From Clostridia bacterium (GTDB taxonomy: Bacteria; Bacillota; Clostridia; UBA1212; DUPL01): DNA of 64,000 nt. The stretch is from assembly GCA_050951325.1 (NCBI GenBank), contig JBMNIW010000008.1, positions 128,001 through 192,000 of the forward strand, read 5' to 3'. The number at the start of each line of letters is the position of its first letter. The first letter of the stretch is position 1. This document shows positions 10,451 through 19,822 of this stretch, piece after piece. The position numbers were made by a program, and so were the translations under genes. The notes under the pieces are model-generated. The model saw only the letters and a program-made list of their open reading frames with translations. It was not told the origin of the DNA and made no database searches.

Positions 10451-11612
10451 ACCCAATTATTCCATATCTCTCTTTCAGTTTCAGAATCCGGTATACGCTT
10501 TCATTTACTCTTTCCTCACTTACTTCACCTCTATTAAACGCATCGAGTAGTGAATTGTAGGCAGCTTTTCCCTTTTCAATATTCTGAGCACAAAGAATAA
10601 TATCGCATCCTGCATTAAAGGCCATGACGCTTGCCTGTCCTATTGAATACTCATCACTGATGGCATTCATGCCCAAATCATCGGTAATCACAACACCTTT
10701 GTAATTCATTTCGTTTCTTAGAAGGTCTGTGACAAGTTTTTTTGACAGTGTACTTGGAAGGGAATCTACTTCCTTGACAACAATATGCCCTGTCATTATC
10801 ATCTCCACATTATTTTTAATAGCTTCCATAAATGGAACAAGCTCAAACCCATAAAGATCATTTAAACTCTTCTTCACCACAGGAAGCCCATAATGCGAAT
10901 CCACACTGGTATCTCCATGGCCAGGAAAATGTTTTGCTGTAGGAATAATTTTATTGTCTCTCAACCCTTTTAATACTTCCACTGCCATTTTGCTTACCGT
11001 TTCCGGATCCTTTCCATAGGCTCTGTCTGCTATTACGGTATTGTCCGGATTTGAAAAGATATCGCAAACCGGTGCAAAATTCAGATTGAATCCCATGTCC
11101 TTTAATGCAGTGGCGGTTCTTGTACCATAATCGTAGGCGTACTTTGGATCATTCTTCTTCCCTACATCAAGCGCTGATTCAAAGGAGCCGTATTCCTTCG
11201 GAAGTCTTGTCACTCTGCCACCTTCTTGATCAACGGAAATGAAAAGAGGAATATTAAAACTGCCTTGAAGTCTTGCAATATCACCCTTTGTCTCTGACAC
11301 CGACTTAATGTTCCTGCCAAAAAGAATTACTCCACCAAAACTAATATCGGAATTTATGACCTCATCCACACTGCCATACCCGGTTATGACAAGCTGGCCA
11401 ATCTTCTGCTCTATAGTCATTTTTTCAACCATCTCTATAATCCTGTCCTTCACGGGTTCTTCTGTCGGAGTTGGCGAAGGAGTACTGGTAGGTTCTGAGG
11501 AAGGTGTTGAGATTATAGCTTCAGTGTTTTCCACATCTTCTTCTGAATTAATCATACATGATGAAAGACTCAATATGAGCACTATCGGGATTATAACTTT
11601 AAGAACTTTCAA
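10449..11612 (-). CDS. nagZ: GH3 beta-N-acetylhexosaminidase lipoprotein
   Basis: Lipobox LSSC, PT linker, SVDQEGGRV, KHFPGHGDTSVDSH (NagZ signature), VITDDLGM; TTG start 11612. Confidence 0.88.
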   Translation of the reverse strand: MKVLKVIIPIVLILSLSSCMINSEEDVENTEAIISTPSSEPTSTPSPTPTEEPVKDRIIEMVEKMTIEQKIGQLVITGYGSVDEVINSDISFGGVILFGRNIKSVSETKGDIARLQGSFNIPLFISVDQEGGRVTRLPKEYGSFESALDVGKKNDPKYAYDYGTRTATALKDMGFNLNFAPVCDIFSNPDNTVIADRAYGKDPETVSKMAVEVLKGLRDNKIIPTAKHFPGHGDTSVDSHYGLPVVKKSLNDLYGFELVPFMEAIKNNVEMIMTGHIVVKEVDSLPSTLSKKLVTDLLRNEMNYKGVVITDDLGMNAISDEYSIGQASVMAFNAGCDIILCAQNIEKGKAAYNSLLDAFNRGEVSEERVNESVYRILKLKERYGIIG

Positions 11613-11671
11613 AAAATCACCTTCAATTTTTCTTTTAATTATACCATGATAAATTATAACCATTCTTTACA

Positions 11672-11930
11672 TTGATTTATTTACTTACTGATATATAATT
11701 ACTATACAGCCTAACATTGGCGAGTTCCGAAGGAAGGGAGCTGATAAAAGTGATTAAGTTGAGGTGGTCTTTGTTCTAGACCTTAAACGGAACAAAGAAT
11801 AAAGGTGAAATCCGGGCGGTGAAAATACCGCCTGGGTTTTGCCGTATTTAAAAACATAGAAAGGGGGTAATCAGAATGGATATTGGCTTTTACAAACCTG
11901 TACAAGTTTTTGTAAAGGAGGAATATTTAA
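11672..11930 (+). promoter_or_regulatory. Promoter plus long structured leader (candidate attenuator with leader peptide)
   Basis: TTGATT-16-TATAAT (11672-11699); uORF 11750-11779 MIKLRWSLF with RBS GAAGGGAG; hairpin 11768-11798; terminator CCGGGCGGT-GAAAAT-ACCGCCTGG-GTTTT near 11812-11840. Confidence 0.6.
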
Positions 11931-12197
11931 TTGGCTTACAAGAATGCGAAAGATTATCTCCCGAAGGAGCTCCTTTCTGAAGTTCAAAAACACATTCAAG
12001 GAGTGCTAGTATACATTCCTACTGACGATTCTGCTAAAAAAGGTTGGGGAAAACTCTCGGGAACAAGAAAAGAACTTGATAAAAGAAATGCATCAATACG
12101 AGAAGACTACAAACAAGGTCTTACAGTTGATGAAATAGCGGACAAATATTATTTATCCGTCGACAGCATAAGAAAAATTGTATATGGAAAAAAGTGA
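11931..12197 (+). CDS. CD3324 family (Mor-like HTH) protein
   Basis: MAYKNAKDYLPKELLSEVQKHIQG..VYIP...WG..SG.RKEL..RN..I...Y..G..V.E.A.KYYLS..SIRKIVY pattern; AAGGAGG RBS. Confidence 0.85.
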   Translation: MAYKNAKDYLPKELLSEVQKHIQGVLVYIPTDDSAKKGWGKLSGTRKELDKRNASIREDYKQGLTVDEIADKYYLSVDSIRKIVYGKK

Positions 12198-12223
12198 AGC
12201 TCTCCGACACTGGAGAGCTCCTT

Positions 12224-12700
12224 TTATAACCTGTATTCCATTTTGTAGCACTGTATTTCCATGCCCTGTTTTTTGTAAAACTCTATTGCCCTATCATTGA
12301 AACTCCATACGTTGAGCTCAATGTTGTAACATCCACACTCTCGTGCAAATTCTACACTGTGGGCAAAGAGCTTATTGCCGATTCCAGTATTTCTGAAATT
12401 TTCATCGATACACAAATCGTCAATATACAGTGTTTTAAAGTTTCTAAAAAGGGATGCCGTTCTCTGGTCAATGATATAGCTGAACAGGTATCCAAGGACA
12501 TAGTCATTCTCGTCCACTGCAACGAATACCGCCCTGTCCTCTTCATAAAGGATGTCTCTAACCTCGTGAGCAGAATACTTCTTTCGACCTTCTCTGAAAA
12601 GATCTGGCCTTCCTTTATGATGTTCATTGGCAATAACTTTGAGTAATGCAACTATCCTGTCTATATCCTTCTCTTCTGCCCTTCTAACGCTAATCTCCAT
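12224..12700 (-). CDS. GNAT family N-acetyltransferase
   Basis: LYIDDLCIDENFRNTGIG, LNVWSFNDRAIEFY. Confidence 0.9.
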   Translation of the reverse strand: MEISVRRAEEKDIDRIVALLKVIANEHHKGRPDLFREGRKKYSAHEVRDILYEEDRAVFVAVDENDYVLGYLFSYIIDQRTASLFRNFKTLYIDDLCIDENFRNTGIGNKLFAHSVEFARECGCYNIELNVWSFNDRAIEFYKKQGMEIQCYKMEYRL

Positions 12701-12721
12701 AACGCAACCCTCAAATCCACA

Positions 12722-14305
12722 TTATTTCAATACTTCAAAAGCAACGGCAGGATTGTCAGTACCGGACACCAAAGTTATCTGGGACGGATCCTCAATTCTA
12801 AGGTCATATCCGTAGCGGACGCCTTCAATGTTGTCACCATTGATTATAACCTTGTTGCCTTCAATCCCGGCATCTATTTTATCCCATTTTCCATTAATCA
12901 ATACTTCAAAGCCATTCAGCTTGTCACCATTTACCTTCAAGCCGCCGCCTGCATACATGAACTCAATTACAACCTTGTCACTTTCAAAACGGACATCCTT
13001 TGGAACAGGACATGCAGCGTTCTCCATATCTCCAATACCATACACAAGAGCTGCTGCTATGTTTGCAAGCCTGTCGCATATCGGCTTTTTGTAGATAGGA
13101 TGAGCACCGTCGCTGTCTCCTTCCTGCCAACCGCAGTCCAAAGACGGAACTATCTCATAGTTGTACATAATGTCATCAATCCTAACTTTAGCCTGAGCAT
13201 TCCTCAAATCATTTATTTGATCCCATATTCCTGTTAGCGGTATGTTGCCAGCATAATAACCGTATGAGGAGAGCTGCACATTCAGAAAGTAAAAATGTTC
13301 TCCAAACCTGTCTCTCAAATCCTGCACATAAGTGTTCAGTGCTTCAGGATACTCCTTGTAGCTGACGGTATCAGATTCTCCCTGATAGAAAAGCATTCCC
13401 TTTATGCCAAAATCAATAAACGGATGCATGAATGCATTGTATATTCCTGAATCCTTTACAACCAGCGTGTTAATTGGCAACTGTTTGTTCTTCATGCCTG
13501 CAGGGAATTTGTCTACAACCTCTTTCGGTGCAAGATGTGCAAGAGAAGCACCACCACAAGCAACATTAACAATTCCTATTGGCACATCCGGATTTAATTC
13601 AAGCATCTTGGCTGCAAAGAAATACCCCATCATCGGAGAACTTGTAACAACAGTCCTATCAGCTTTTTTCCATTTGTACCTTTTTAAAGGATTCTCCTGT
13701 GGCTCTTCTAATAATTGGGGAGAGCCAACAAGATCCCAGTTCATTTGAGTGAAATACCTAAGTGGCATGTCTCTTGATACTTTTTTAAGTTCTTCCGTAT
13801 AGTGCTTCTGTGCCTCCGGGAAGAACACCAGGTCTGCGTTACTCTGACCATTGATGTACCAGACATCACCTATTAAAACATCCTCAAAAATCACATCTGT
13901 ACCCGGTTCACCCACCACTTTAAGCGAGTGCCCCAGTTCCTTGCTTGCAGGAAGTGTTCCCTGCATTACAACTTTCCATTTACCATTTTCAATAACGCCG
14001 GAGCCCTTCAAATCCTTAAGGAAAGCATTAACTATGTTTCCATTCTCACTTTCAGGAGCAGTTCCATATATAACAATCTCCTGGTCCCTTTGGATTACCA
14101 TGTTGTCACTGAAAACACCACTGACTGAAAACTCCTTTGCATTACCCTCCTGGAACTCATAGGGTTCATGAGTAGGATATGGCGTAATGGTTGGTGGAGC
14201 TTCTGTACTCTTGTCAGGTTCACCTTCCTCCTTTGAACAAGCTGTAAACACTACAGCCAGCACGACAAAAGTAAAAAGCACCATAATTCTGACAAACTTT
14301 TTCAT
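12722..14305 (-). CDS. Sialate O-acetylesterase-like (SASA/DUF303, SGNH) lipoprotein
   Basis: Lipobox FTAC; FSDNMVIQR, GDVWYINGQSN, FYQGESD, AHP.YKKPI.DRLA. Confidence 0.85.
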   Translation of the reverse strand: MKKFVRIMVLFTFVVLAVVFTACSKEEGEPDKSTEAPPTITPYPTHEPYEFQEGNAKEFSVSGVFSDNMVIQRDQEIVIYGTAPESENGNIVNAFLKDLKGSGVIENGKWKVVMQGTLPASKELGHSLKVVGEPGTDVIFEDVLIGDVWYINGQSNADLVFFPEAQKHYTEELKKVSRDMPLRYFTQMNWDLVGSPQLLEEPQENPLKRYKWKKADRTVVTSSPMMGYFFAAKMLELNPDVPIGIVNVACGGASLAHLAPKEVVDKFPAGMKNKQLPINTLVVKDSGIYNAFMHPFIDFGIKGMLFYQGESDTVSYKEYPEALNTYVQDLRDRFGEHFYFLNVQLSSYGYYAGNIPLTGIWDQINDLRNAQAKVRIDDIMYNYEIVPSLDCGWQEGDSDGAHPIYKKPICDRLANIAAALVYGIGDMENAACPVPKDVRFESDKVVIEFMYAGGGLKVNGDKLNGFEVLINGKWDKIDAGIEGNKVIINGDNIEGVRYGYDLRIEDPSQITLVSGTDNPAVAFEVLK

Positions 14306-15238
14306 AAAACACCTCTTTTAATATTTTTTAAAAAAGAATCAACATCCAGTCTGTCTGGCATTGATTCCGATGCACCAAGTTTTGTAACCGACAAGGCAGC
14401 GACTGCATTTGCAAATCTTGGCAGCCTCAACAATACCCTTGCCTTCTGCCAACGCAACACAAAATCCTCCATTAAACGCATCTCCCGCTCCGGTTGTGTC
14501 CACTGCGTTAACCGTATATGCAGGAATAATACAAGCAGCATCCCTTGTTTTAACAAACGCTCCCGCCTTGCCCAAAGTGATAATTACATTCCCAACACCT
14601 TTGGCAATAAACAAATCTGCCATTTTCTCAATGTTTTGAATGGAGTCAGCCTTTAATCCCGAATAGAACTCCGCTTCTGTTTCATTCGGAGTAAAGTAGT
14701 CTATTAACTTAAATATATCGTCATCCAACTCTTTAACAGGAGCAGGATTCAAAACTACTGGTTTATTGTACTTTTTGGCAAGCTTGATTGAAGCTATGAC
14801 TGATTCCATGCTTGCTTCCAATTGCAGAAGAACAATATCACAAGTCTTAAAGTCATTTTCCGCTTTATACACATCCTCTTCAGTAATGTGGTTGTTGGCC
14901 CCTGGCGTTACCAATATTCTGTTTTCAGCACTACTTTTATGTATTTGAATAATTGCAACACCCGTCTGGTTTTCCTCATCAACAAACACGTACTTGTCAG
15001 ACATGTTTTCATTCTTGTAATGGTTTAAAGCCACATTACGCAAATAGTCGTTGCCTGTCTTTGTAATCAGGACAACCTCCGCACCCAAACGCTTGCATGC
15101 AGTTGCCTGGTTTGAACCTTTTCCACCGGGCCCTATTTTCACAGTCTCCCCTATAACAGTTTCCCCATCTCTAGGAAAACGTGATGTTATGGCTGCAATA
15201 TCTGTGATATATGAGCCTGTAACAACAATTTTAGCCAT
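14302..15238 (-). CDS. rbsK: Ribokinase (PfkB family), one-base frameshift near 14417
   Basis: GGKGSNQA, PNETEA, DTTGAGDAFNG. The normal C-terminus FANAVAALSVTKLGASESMP lies in the adjacent frame and ends at 14302, overlapping the next ATG. Confidence 0.9.
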
Positions 15239-15242
15239 GGTA

Positions 15243-15890
15243 TCACCGTCCGTTATTCACTATTTCAACACCGCTTGATGTACCTATCCTGTCACTGCCA
15301 GCCTCAATCAATTTTATGGCATCCTCATACGTCCTTATTCCACCCGACGCCTTTATCTTGACACCGGGCACAATATTTTTCTTCATAATATCAATATCCT
15401 CTACCAGAGCTTTTCCCTGTGTCATCCCCGTACAGGTCTTTACAAAATGTGCACCTGCCTGCGAAGCAAGCCTGCATGCACGCATCTTTTCTTCATCGGT
15501 CAAAAGCCCTGTCTCAATTATCACTTTAACAGTCCTGTCTTTTGCTGCTTCTACAACCTGACGAATATCTTGCATGACATGATCATCTTTTCCACTCTTC
15601 AGCATACCCACATTGATTACCATGTCAAACTCATCACAGCCCATTTTCAAGGTTTCCTCTGTTTCAAAAACCTTGGTTGAAGTTGTTGTTGCTCCCAAAG
15701 GAAACCCTATTACAGTACACACCTTTACATCTGTACCACTCAAAAGCCTTTTGCATAGAGAAACATAATACGGGTTTACACAAACAGAATAAAATCCGTA
15801 TTTCCTTGCCTCCTCACAAAGCCTTTCAATATCACCAACTGTGGCAGTTGACTTCAAATTCGTGTGGTCAATATATTTGGCAATATCCAT
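15243..15890 (-). CDS. deoC: Deoxyribose-phosphate aldolase
   Basis: IDHTNL, CTVIGFPLG, KVIIET, FVKTCTG, IKASGGIR, RIGTSS. Confidence 0.96.
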   Translation of the reverse strand: MDIAKYIDHTNLKSTATVGDIERLCEEARKYGFYSVCVNPYYVSLCKRLLSGTDVKVCTVIGFPLGATTTSTKVFETEETLKMGCDEFDMVINVGMLKSGKDDHVMQDIRQVVEAAKDRTVKVIIETGLLTDEEKMRACRLASQAGAHFVKTCTGMTQGKALVEDIDIMKKNIVPGVKIKASGGIRTYEDAIKLIEAGSDRIGTSSGVEIVNNGR

Positions 15891-15904
15891 CTGCTCTATC
15901 CTTT

Positions 15905-16879
15905 CTATAATATCATGCTTAAAATCTCTTCTCTTGAAAGTGTTGAAATCAAGGAAATTGGCACATCGATTATGGTATGGCAGCCAATACTTCCTTGTTG
16001 TGACAATTTATAAGCAGCTCTTGCATATGCAACCAGAATAGCAGAGGTGAATTCTGGGTTTGACTCAAGTTTAATGGAAAACTCAATAATATGTTGATTA
16101 TCTTCCGAAGTCTTGCCACTGGTTATGACAAAACCACCATGAGGAAGCTTTGCATGGTTTTCCAGAAGCTCTTCTTTGGAAACATACTCTACAAAGGTAT
16201 CGTAATCAGCAAAATATCCAGGCATGTTTACAATTTCTTTTTTGATTTTCTCCTTGTCAGCTTCTTCCTTTACCACCACATAACAATGCCTTTCATGCAT
16301 TTCCCTTTTTGTAAAGTCGGGAGTTTCTCCGTTTCTTACACGATTAACAACATCTTCTACAGGAATAGTATATTGTCTTGCATCCAAAACACCATCTACT
16401 CTTCTAACTGCATCAGAATGACCCTGACTCACTCCAGGTCCGTAAAATGTATACCCTTTTCCGTTAGGCAGAATACTCAAACCGAGCAGTCTGTTTAAAG
16501 AGAAAATACCCGGGTCCCATCCAACAGAAATTATTGAAACTGTATTGTTTTCCTTTGCTACCTTGTCCACATTATTAAAATGTTCAGGTATTTTAGAATG
16601 ATTGTCATAGCTGTCGACTGTATTGAAATATTTAGTGAAATATGGAGTTTGCTCAGGCAGGTCCGTGGCACTACCTCCACAGAGCACCATAACATCTATC
16701 ATGTCTTTATACTCAATAACATCGTCAGGATGCAAAACCCTGACGTTTGACATAGTCTTGATATTTTTTCTTCTTGAAACGATGCAAACCAGCTCCATAT
16801 CAGGACTGTTTAAAACATGCATCTCACTTGCCTTTCCCAAATTTCCGTATCCTACTATTCCTACTCTGATTTTACTCAT
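15905..16879 (-). CDS. ddh: meso-Diaminopimelate dehydrogenase
   Basis: GYGNLG, CGGSATDL, VGWDPG, GPGVSQGHSDA, HGGFV, NPEFT. Confidence 0.95.
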   Translation of the reverse strand: MSKIRVGIVGYGNLGKASEMHVLNSPDMELVCIVSRRKNIKTMSNVRVLHPDDVIEYKDMIDVMVLCGGSATDLPEQTPYFTKYFNTVDSYDNHSKIPEHFNNVDKVAKENNTVSIISVGWDPGIFSLNRLLGLSILPNGKGYTFYGPGVSQGHSDAVRRVDGVLDARQYTIPVEDVVNRVRNGETPDFTKREMHERHCYVVVKEEADKEKIKKEIVNMPGYFADYDTFVEYVSKEELLENHAKLPHGGFVITSGKTSEDNQHIIEFSIKLESNPEFTSAILVAYARAAYKLSQQGSIGCHTIIDVPISLISTLSREEILSMIL

Positions 16880-16932
16880 ATTTTTCCTCCAATATTAGAC
16901 TACTGACTAATTATAGCATAAAAACTCAAATC

Positions 16933-17550
16933 TTACTTGCTTTTTCTATCGGTTTTGTCAATATATATTCCAAAGATAAAAGCAGCTATTGCAAAACCAA
17001 AAAACCAACCACCAAGAACATCAAAGGCATAATGTACTCCCAGATATATTCTGGTTATACCTATAGAGATAAACATTATTACACATAAAGCAGAAATAGT
17101 CACCTTCAAATATTTATTCTTCAAGTGCCTGTAAGCCAAGAAAGCAAACATTGTGTAAAGTGTCGCACTTACCATTGAATGTCCGCTAGGAAAACTATAT
17201 CCAGTTTCATTAACAAGCCTCAGTACATCCGGTCTTTCCCTCATAAAAACAACTTTTAGCAAGTTATTGATGACGGTGGATGCAATAACTGCAGATATAA
17301 CAGGAAGTGCTATTGTTTTCCTGGAAGCAGGAATAATAATCAAAGCCAGACATATCAGAACAACAGATATCGTGTCACCTCTTCTGGTTATGAAAGTTGC
17401 CACTTTGTTCATCGCAGGCGACATGTGCCTTGACACAATTTCATATGCCCAATTCTCAAAAGTCTCATTCAATCCCGCCAGCAGAAGTATCGTTACTATA
17501 GCAAACATTGTTAAAGGAATGACCCAAATCAATATTTTCTTCTTATTCAT
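16933..17550 (-). CDS. PAP2 family membrane phosphatase
   Basis: K...RERP, SFPSGH, TRIYLGVHY..DV. Confidence 0.93.
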   Translation of the reverse strand: MNKKKILIWVIPLTMFAIVTILLLAGLNETFENWAYEIVSRHMSPAMNKVATFITRRGDTISVVLICLALIIIPASRKTIALPVISAVIASTVINNLLKVVFMRERPDVLRLVNETGYSFPSGHSMVSATLYTMFAFLAYRHLKNKYLKVTISALCVIMFISIGITRIYLGVHYAFDVLGGWFFGFAIAAFIFGIYIDKTDRKSK

Positions 17551-18419
17551 GCCTTCTCCTTTTCAATATGTAATTTCAAGTATTCCTTGAGTTTTGGCAT
17601 GGCTTCCCTTGCCACATCCATACCCTGATTGTACAAACTATTTATAACATCAAGGTTCCGTTCAGTTCGTTTACAACCACTGACATCTTTAGGACCAATA
17701 ACAAAAACCCTTCCTTCTTCTTCAAGTTCCCAGACTCTTTTCAATTTTTCGTTATACACCCTGGTGCGGTCTAGTAGAGCTTTTGAAAACTCTGGGTACT
17801 TTCTATAAAGCTTTGCACAAAGTTTAAGCGCCTTTTCCTCTTCCTTTACATATCCTTTTTCTCTAGTAAGCACAACGATCACCTTGTCGCAATCATTTCT
17901 TAAAGCCTCATCCACCGCAATAGGATCACATATGCCTCCATCCATATACTTCATTCCATCAATCTCAATTAAAGGAAACATAATAGGAAGAGCACAACTT
18001 GCCACCAAATGCACAAAACTTTTATCATCCCGGGGCATCTTCAAATATTCCGCCTGGCCAGTTTTCACATTGGTTACAACACTTACCACATCACCTTCAA
18101 ATTTTTCAAACTCTTTAAAATCAAAAGGTATGTGCTTGTTGGGTATTTCCTCGTATACAAATTTGATGTTGTAATAGCTTTTGTTATTGGGATTTACAAG
18201 ATGCTTGAAACCCATGTATCTTTTATCGTTTAAAAACCTTGTAGCTATTTCAAGATTTCTTCCCTTTTGTCTTGACACGTATGACACACCATTAGCTATG
18301 CCCGCAGAGGTGCCTATTACATAATCTGCATATGTACCTTCTTCAAGAAAACAATCAAGAACGCCGCATGTAAAATACGTTCTACTGCCTCCACCTTCCA
18401 GAACAAGTCCCAGTTTCAT
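17547..18419 (-). CDS. Patatin-like phospholipase
   Basis: LEGGGSR, GTSAG, DGG motifs. Confidence 0.93.
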   Translation of the reverse strand: MKLGLVLEGGGSRTYFTCGVLDCFLEEGTYADYVIGTSAGIANGVSYVSRQKGRNLEIATRFLNDKRYMGFKHLVNPNNKSYYNIKFVYEEIPNKHIPFDFKEFEKFEGDVVSVVTNVKTGQAEYLKMPRDDKSFVHLVASCALPIMFPLIEIDGMKYMDGGICDPIAVDEALRNDCDKVIVVLTREKGYVKEEEKALKLCAKLYRKYPEFSKALLDRTRVYNEKLKRVWELEEEGRVFVIGPKDVSGCKRTERNLDVINSLYNQGMDVAREAMPKLKEYLKLHIEKEKA

Positions 18420-18483
18420 AAAAACCCCCTTTTCTTAATTCATCAAATATTTTATTCCTTAACTCAATTCTTGTCAAAATAAA

Positions 18484-18632
18484 GAACTGCCTTCACTTTG
18501 GAAGACAGTCTGCTAATGTAAAGGGTGTTTTATATGTGTGTAGCTATATAATTACACTTGTCGGTTGGATGTCAGACTCGCTAGGAGGTTTTGTCAGTGT
18601 TAGCAAAGACATTTAGTTATATAGCTACAGTT
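18484..18632 (-). ncRNA. Candidate structured small RNA
   Basis: 13-bp perfect inverted repeat TGTAGCTATATAA (18539-18551 / 18617-18629); orphan minus-strand terminator at 18484-18510; no recognised family. Confidence 0.3.
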
Positions 18633-18653
18633 GTTCTCAAGTTTGTAATTTTA

Positions 18654-18682
18654 AAGGGCTGCAATTGTCCATTACAGCCCTT
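18654..18682 (-). terminator. Intrinsic terminator of 18698-19594
   Basis: AAGGGCTG...CAGCCCTT stem just past the stop codon. Confidence 0.7.
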
Positions 18683-18697
18683 GATGGCTTTTATTAA

Positions 18698-19594
18698 CTA
18701 GAATGAGTATACTTTGCGTTTTACAACAACCGCGCATGCCATAGCAGCGAGGATTGCAACCATAACTATTGCACTATCACCTGTTGGTGGGTTTTCTGTA
18801 CCTGGCTCTTCTGTTTCTGGCTCAGGTTCTGTCAATGCAGCGTTCAAGTTGTTAAGATGTGTTCCAAGATCTTCTTCGGATGTGTTCAAGATGAAAGCCT
18901 TGAGGTCATCGCCTACTGCATTCATAACAGCATCACATTTAGCCTGGTCATAAATGGTTACATCTTCAGCTTTGGCTTCGTAATACTTGTTTACGAAGTT
19001 CAATGCATTTTGTCCAGCACCCTGAAGCACGTTGATCCACATTCTGTAACCAGCACCCAGGTTGGAAGATTCGCCTGCTGCGGCTTTTTCTTCGTTGTAC
19101 TCAGCAAAAGTCTTGTCATACAGGTGAGCTTCGATATTTCTTCCTTCAATAACTTCCGTGTATGGAACCAAACGAGGCTCTACTCCAGCTTCTATTTTGC
19201 ATGTGACAAAATATGTACCTGCTGGATATACATTGTCAAACTCAAATACAACATTGGGGCTCCAGTCAGTTGATGTAAATTCTTTCTGCTCCAGAAGCTC
19301 CTTGTCTTCACGGCTAGTATTCCATTTGTAGAGGCTCATTTTGAATTGATGTCCTGCAATTACGGTTTGAACCTGTACACCTACGAAAAGTTCGCCTTCC
19401 AATATATCAAACTTCATACCAGCGTAGTTGCCCCATCCCATATGCAAATAAGTTGAACCATTAAAACCTGGTGCAACATCACCTTTAACCAGTTCAATGG
19501 CTTTTTCTTCTACAGCTGCGTTTGAGAACACAGTCATCATTGACATTAACAGTGTTAATACTACAATGAATATCAAGCCTTTTTTCATTTTCAT
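18698..19594 (-). CDS. Cell-wall-anchored protein, NPPTGD sorting signal (paralogue A1)
   Basis: Signal peptide, beta-rich domain, helical domain, EP linker, NPPTGD + TM + KRK; homologous to 20635-21510. Confidence 0.85.
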   Translation of the reverse strand: MKMKKGLIFIVVLTLLMSMMTVFSNAAVEEKAIELVKGDVAPGFNGSTYLHMGWGNYAGMKFDILEGELFVGVQVQTVIAGHQFKMSLYKWNTSREDKELLEQKEFTSTDWSPNVVFEFDNVYPAGTYFVTCKIEAGVEPRLVPYTEVIEGRNIEAHLYDKTFAEYNEEKAAAGESSNLGAGYRMWINVLQGAGQNALNFVNKYYEAKAEDVTIYDQAKCDAVMNAVGDDLKAFILNTSEEDLGTHLNNLNAALTEPEPETEEPGTENPPTGDSAIVMVAILAAMACAVVVKRKVYSF

Positions 19595-19770
19595 AATACT
19601 ACCTCCTGTATTTTACTTAAAAGCTAATGATTGTTTCATCACTTTCGTTGGATAACTACATATATATTCTATCTTAGTAGAATTCAAATACAATTGCTTA
19701 TTTACAGTTCTAAATTGATTGTTTTACAGATTATACACAAATTAAATACTGGAATAAATTTTTTGGCACA

Positions 19771-19803
19771 AAAAACAGCCAATGTCGACATGACACTGGC
19801 TGA
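19771..19803 (-). terminator. Intrinsic terminator (duplicated at 22816-22849)
   Basis: AAAAACAGCCAATGTC-gacat-GACACTGGCTG; near-identical CAGCCAATGTC..GACACTGGC copy after the paralogous gene. Confidence 0.75.
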
Positions 19804-19822
19804 ACAAATTGCTTTCTAGTTT

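Noticed and set aside
14405-14430. Programmed ribosomal frameshift in rbsK
   Set aside because: No slippery heptamer, and similar one-base insertions occur in unrelated genes.
14302-14556. Separate 84-aa gene
   Set aside because: Its 3' part is the frameshifted C-terminus of rbsK.
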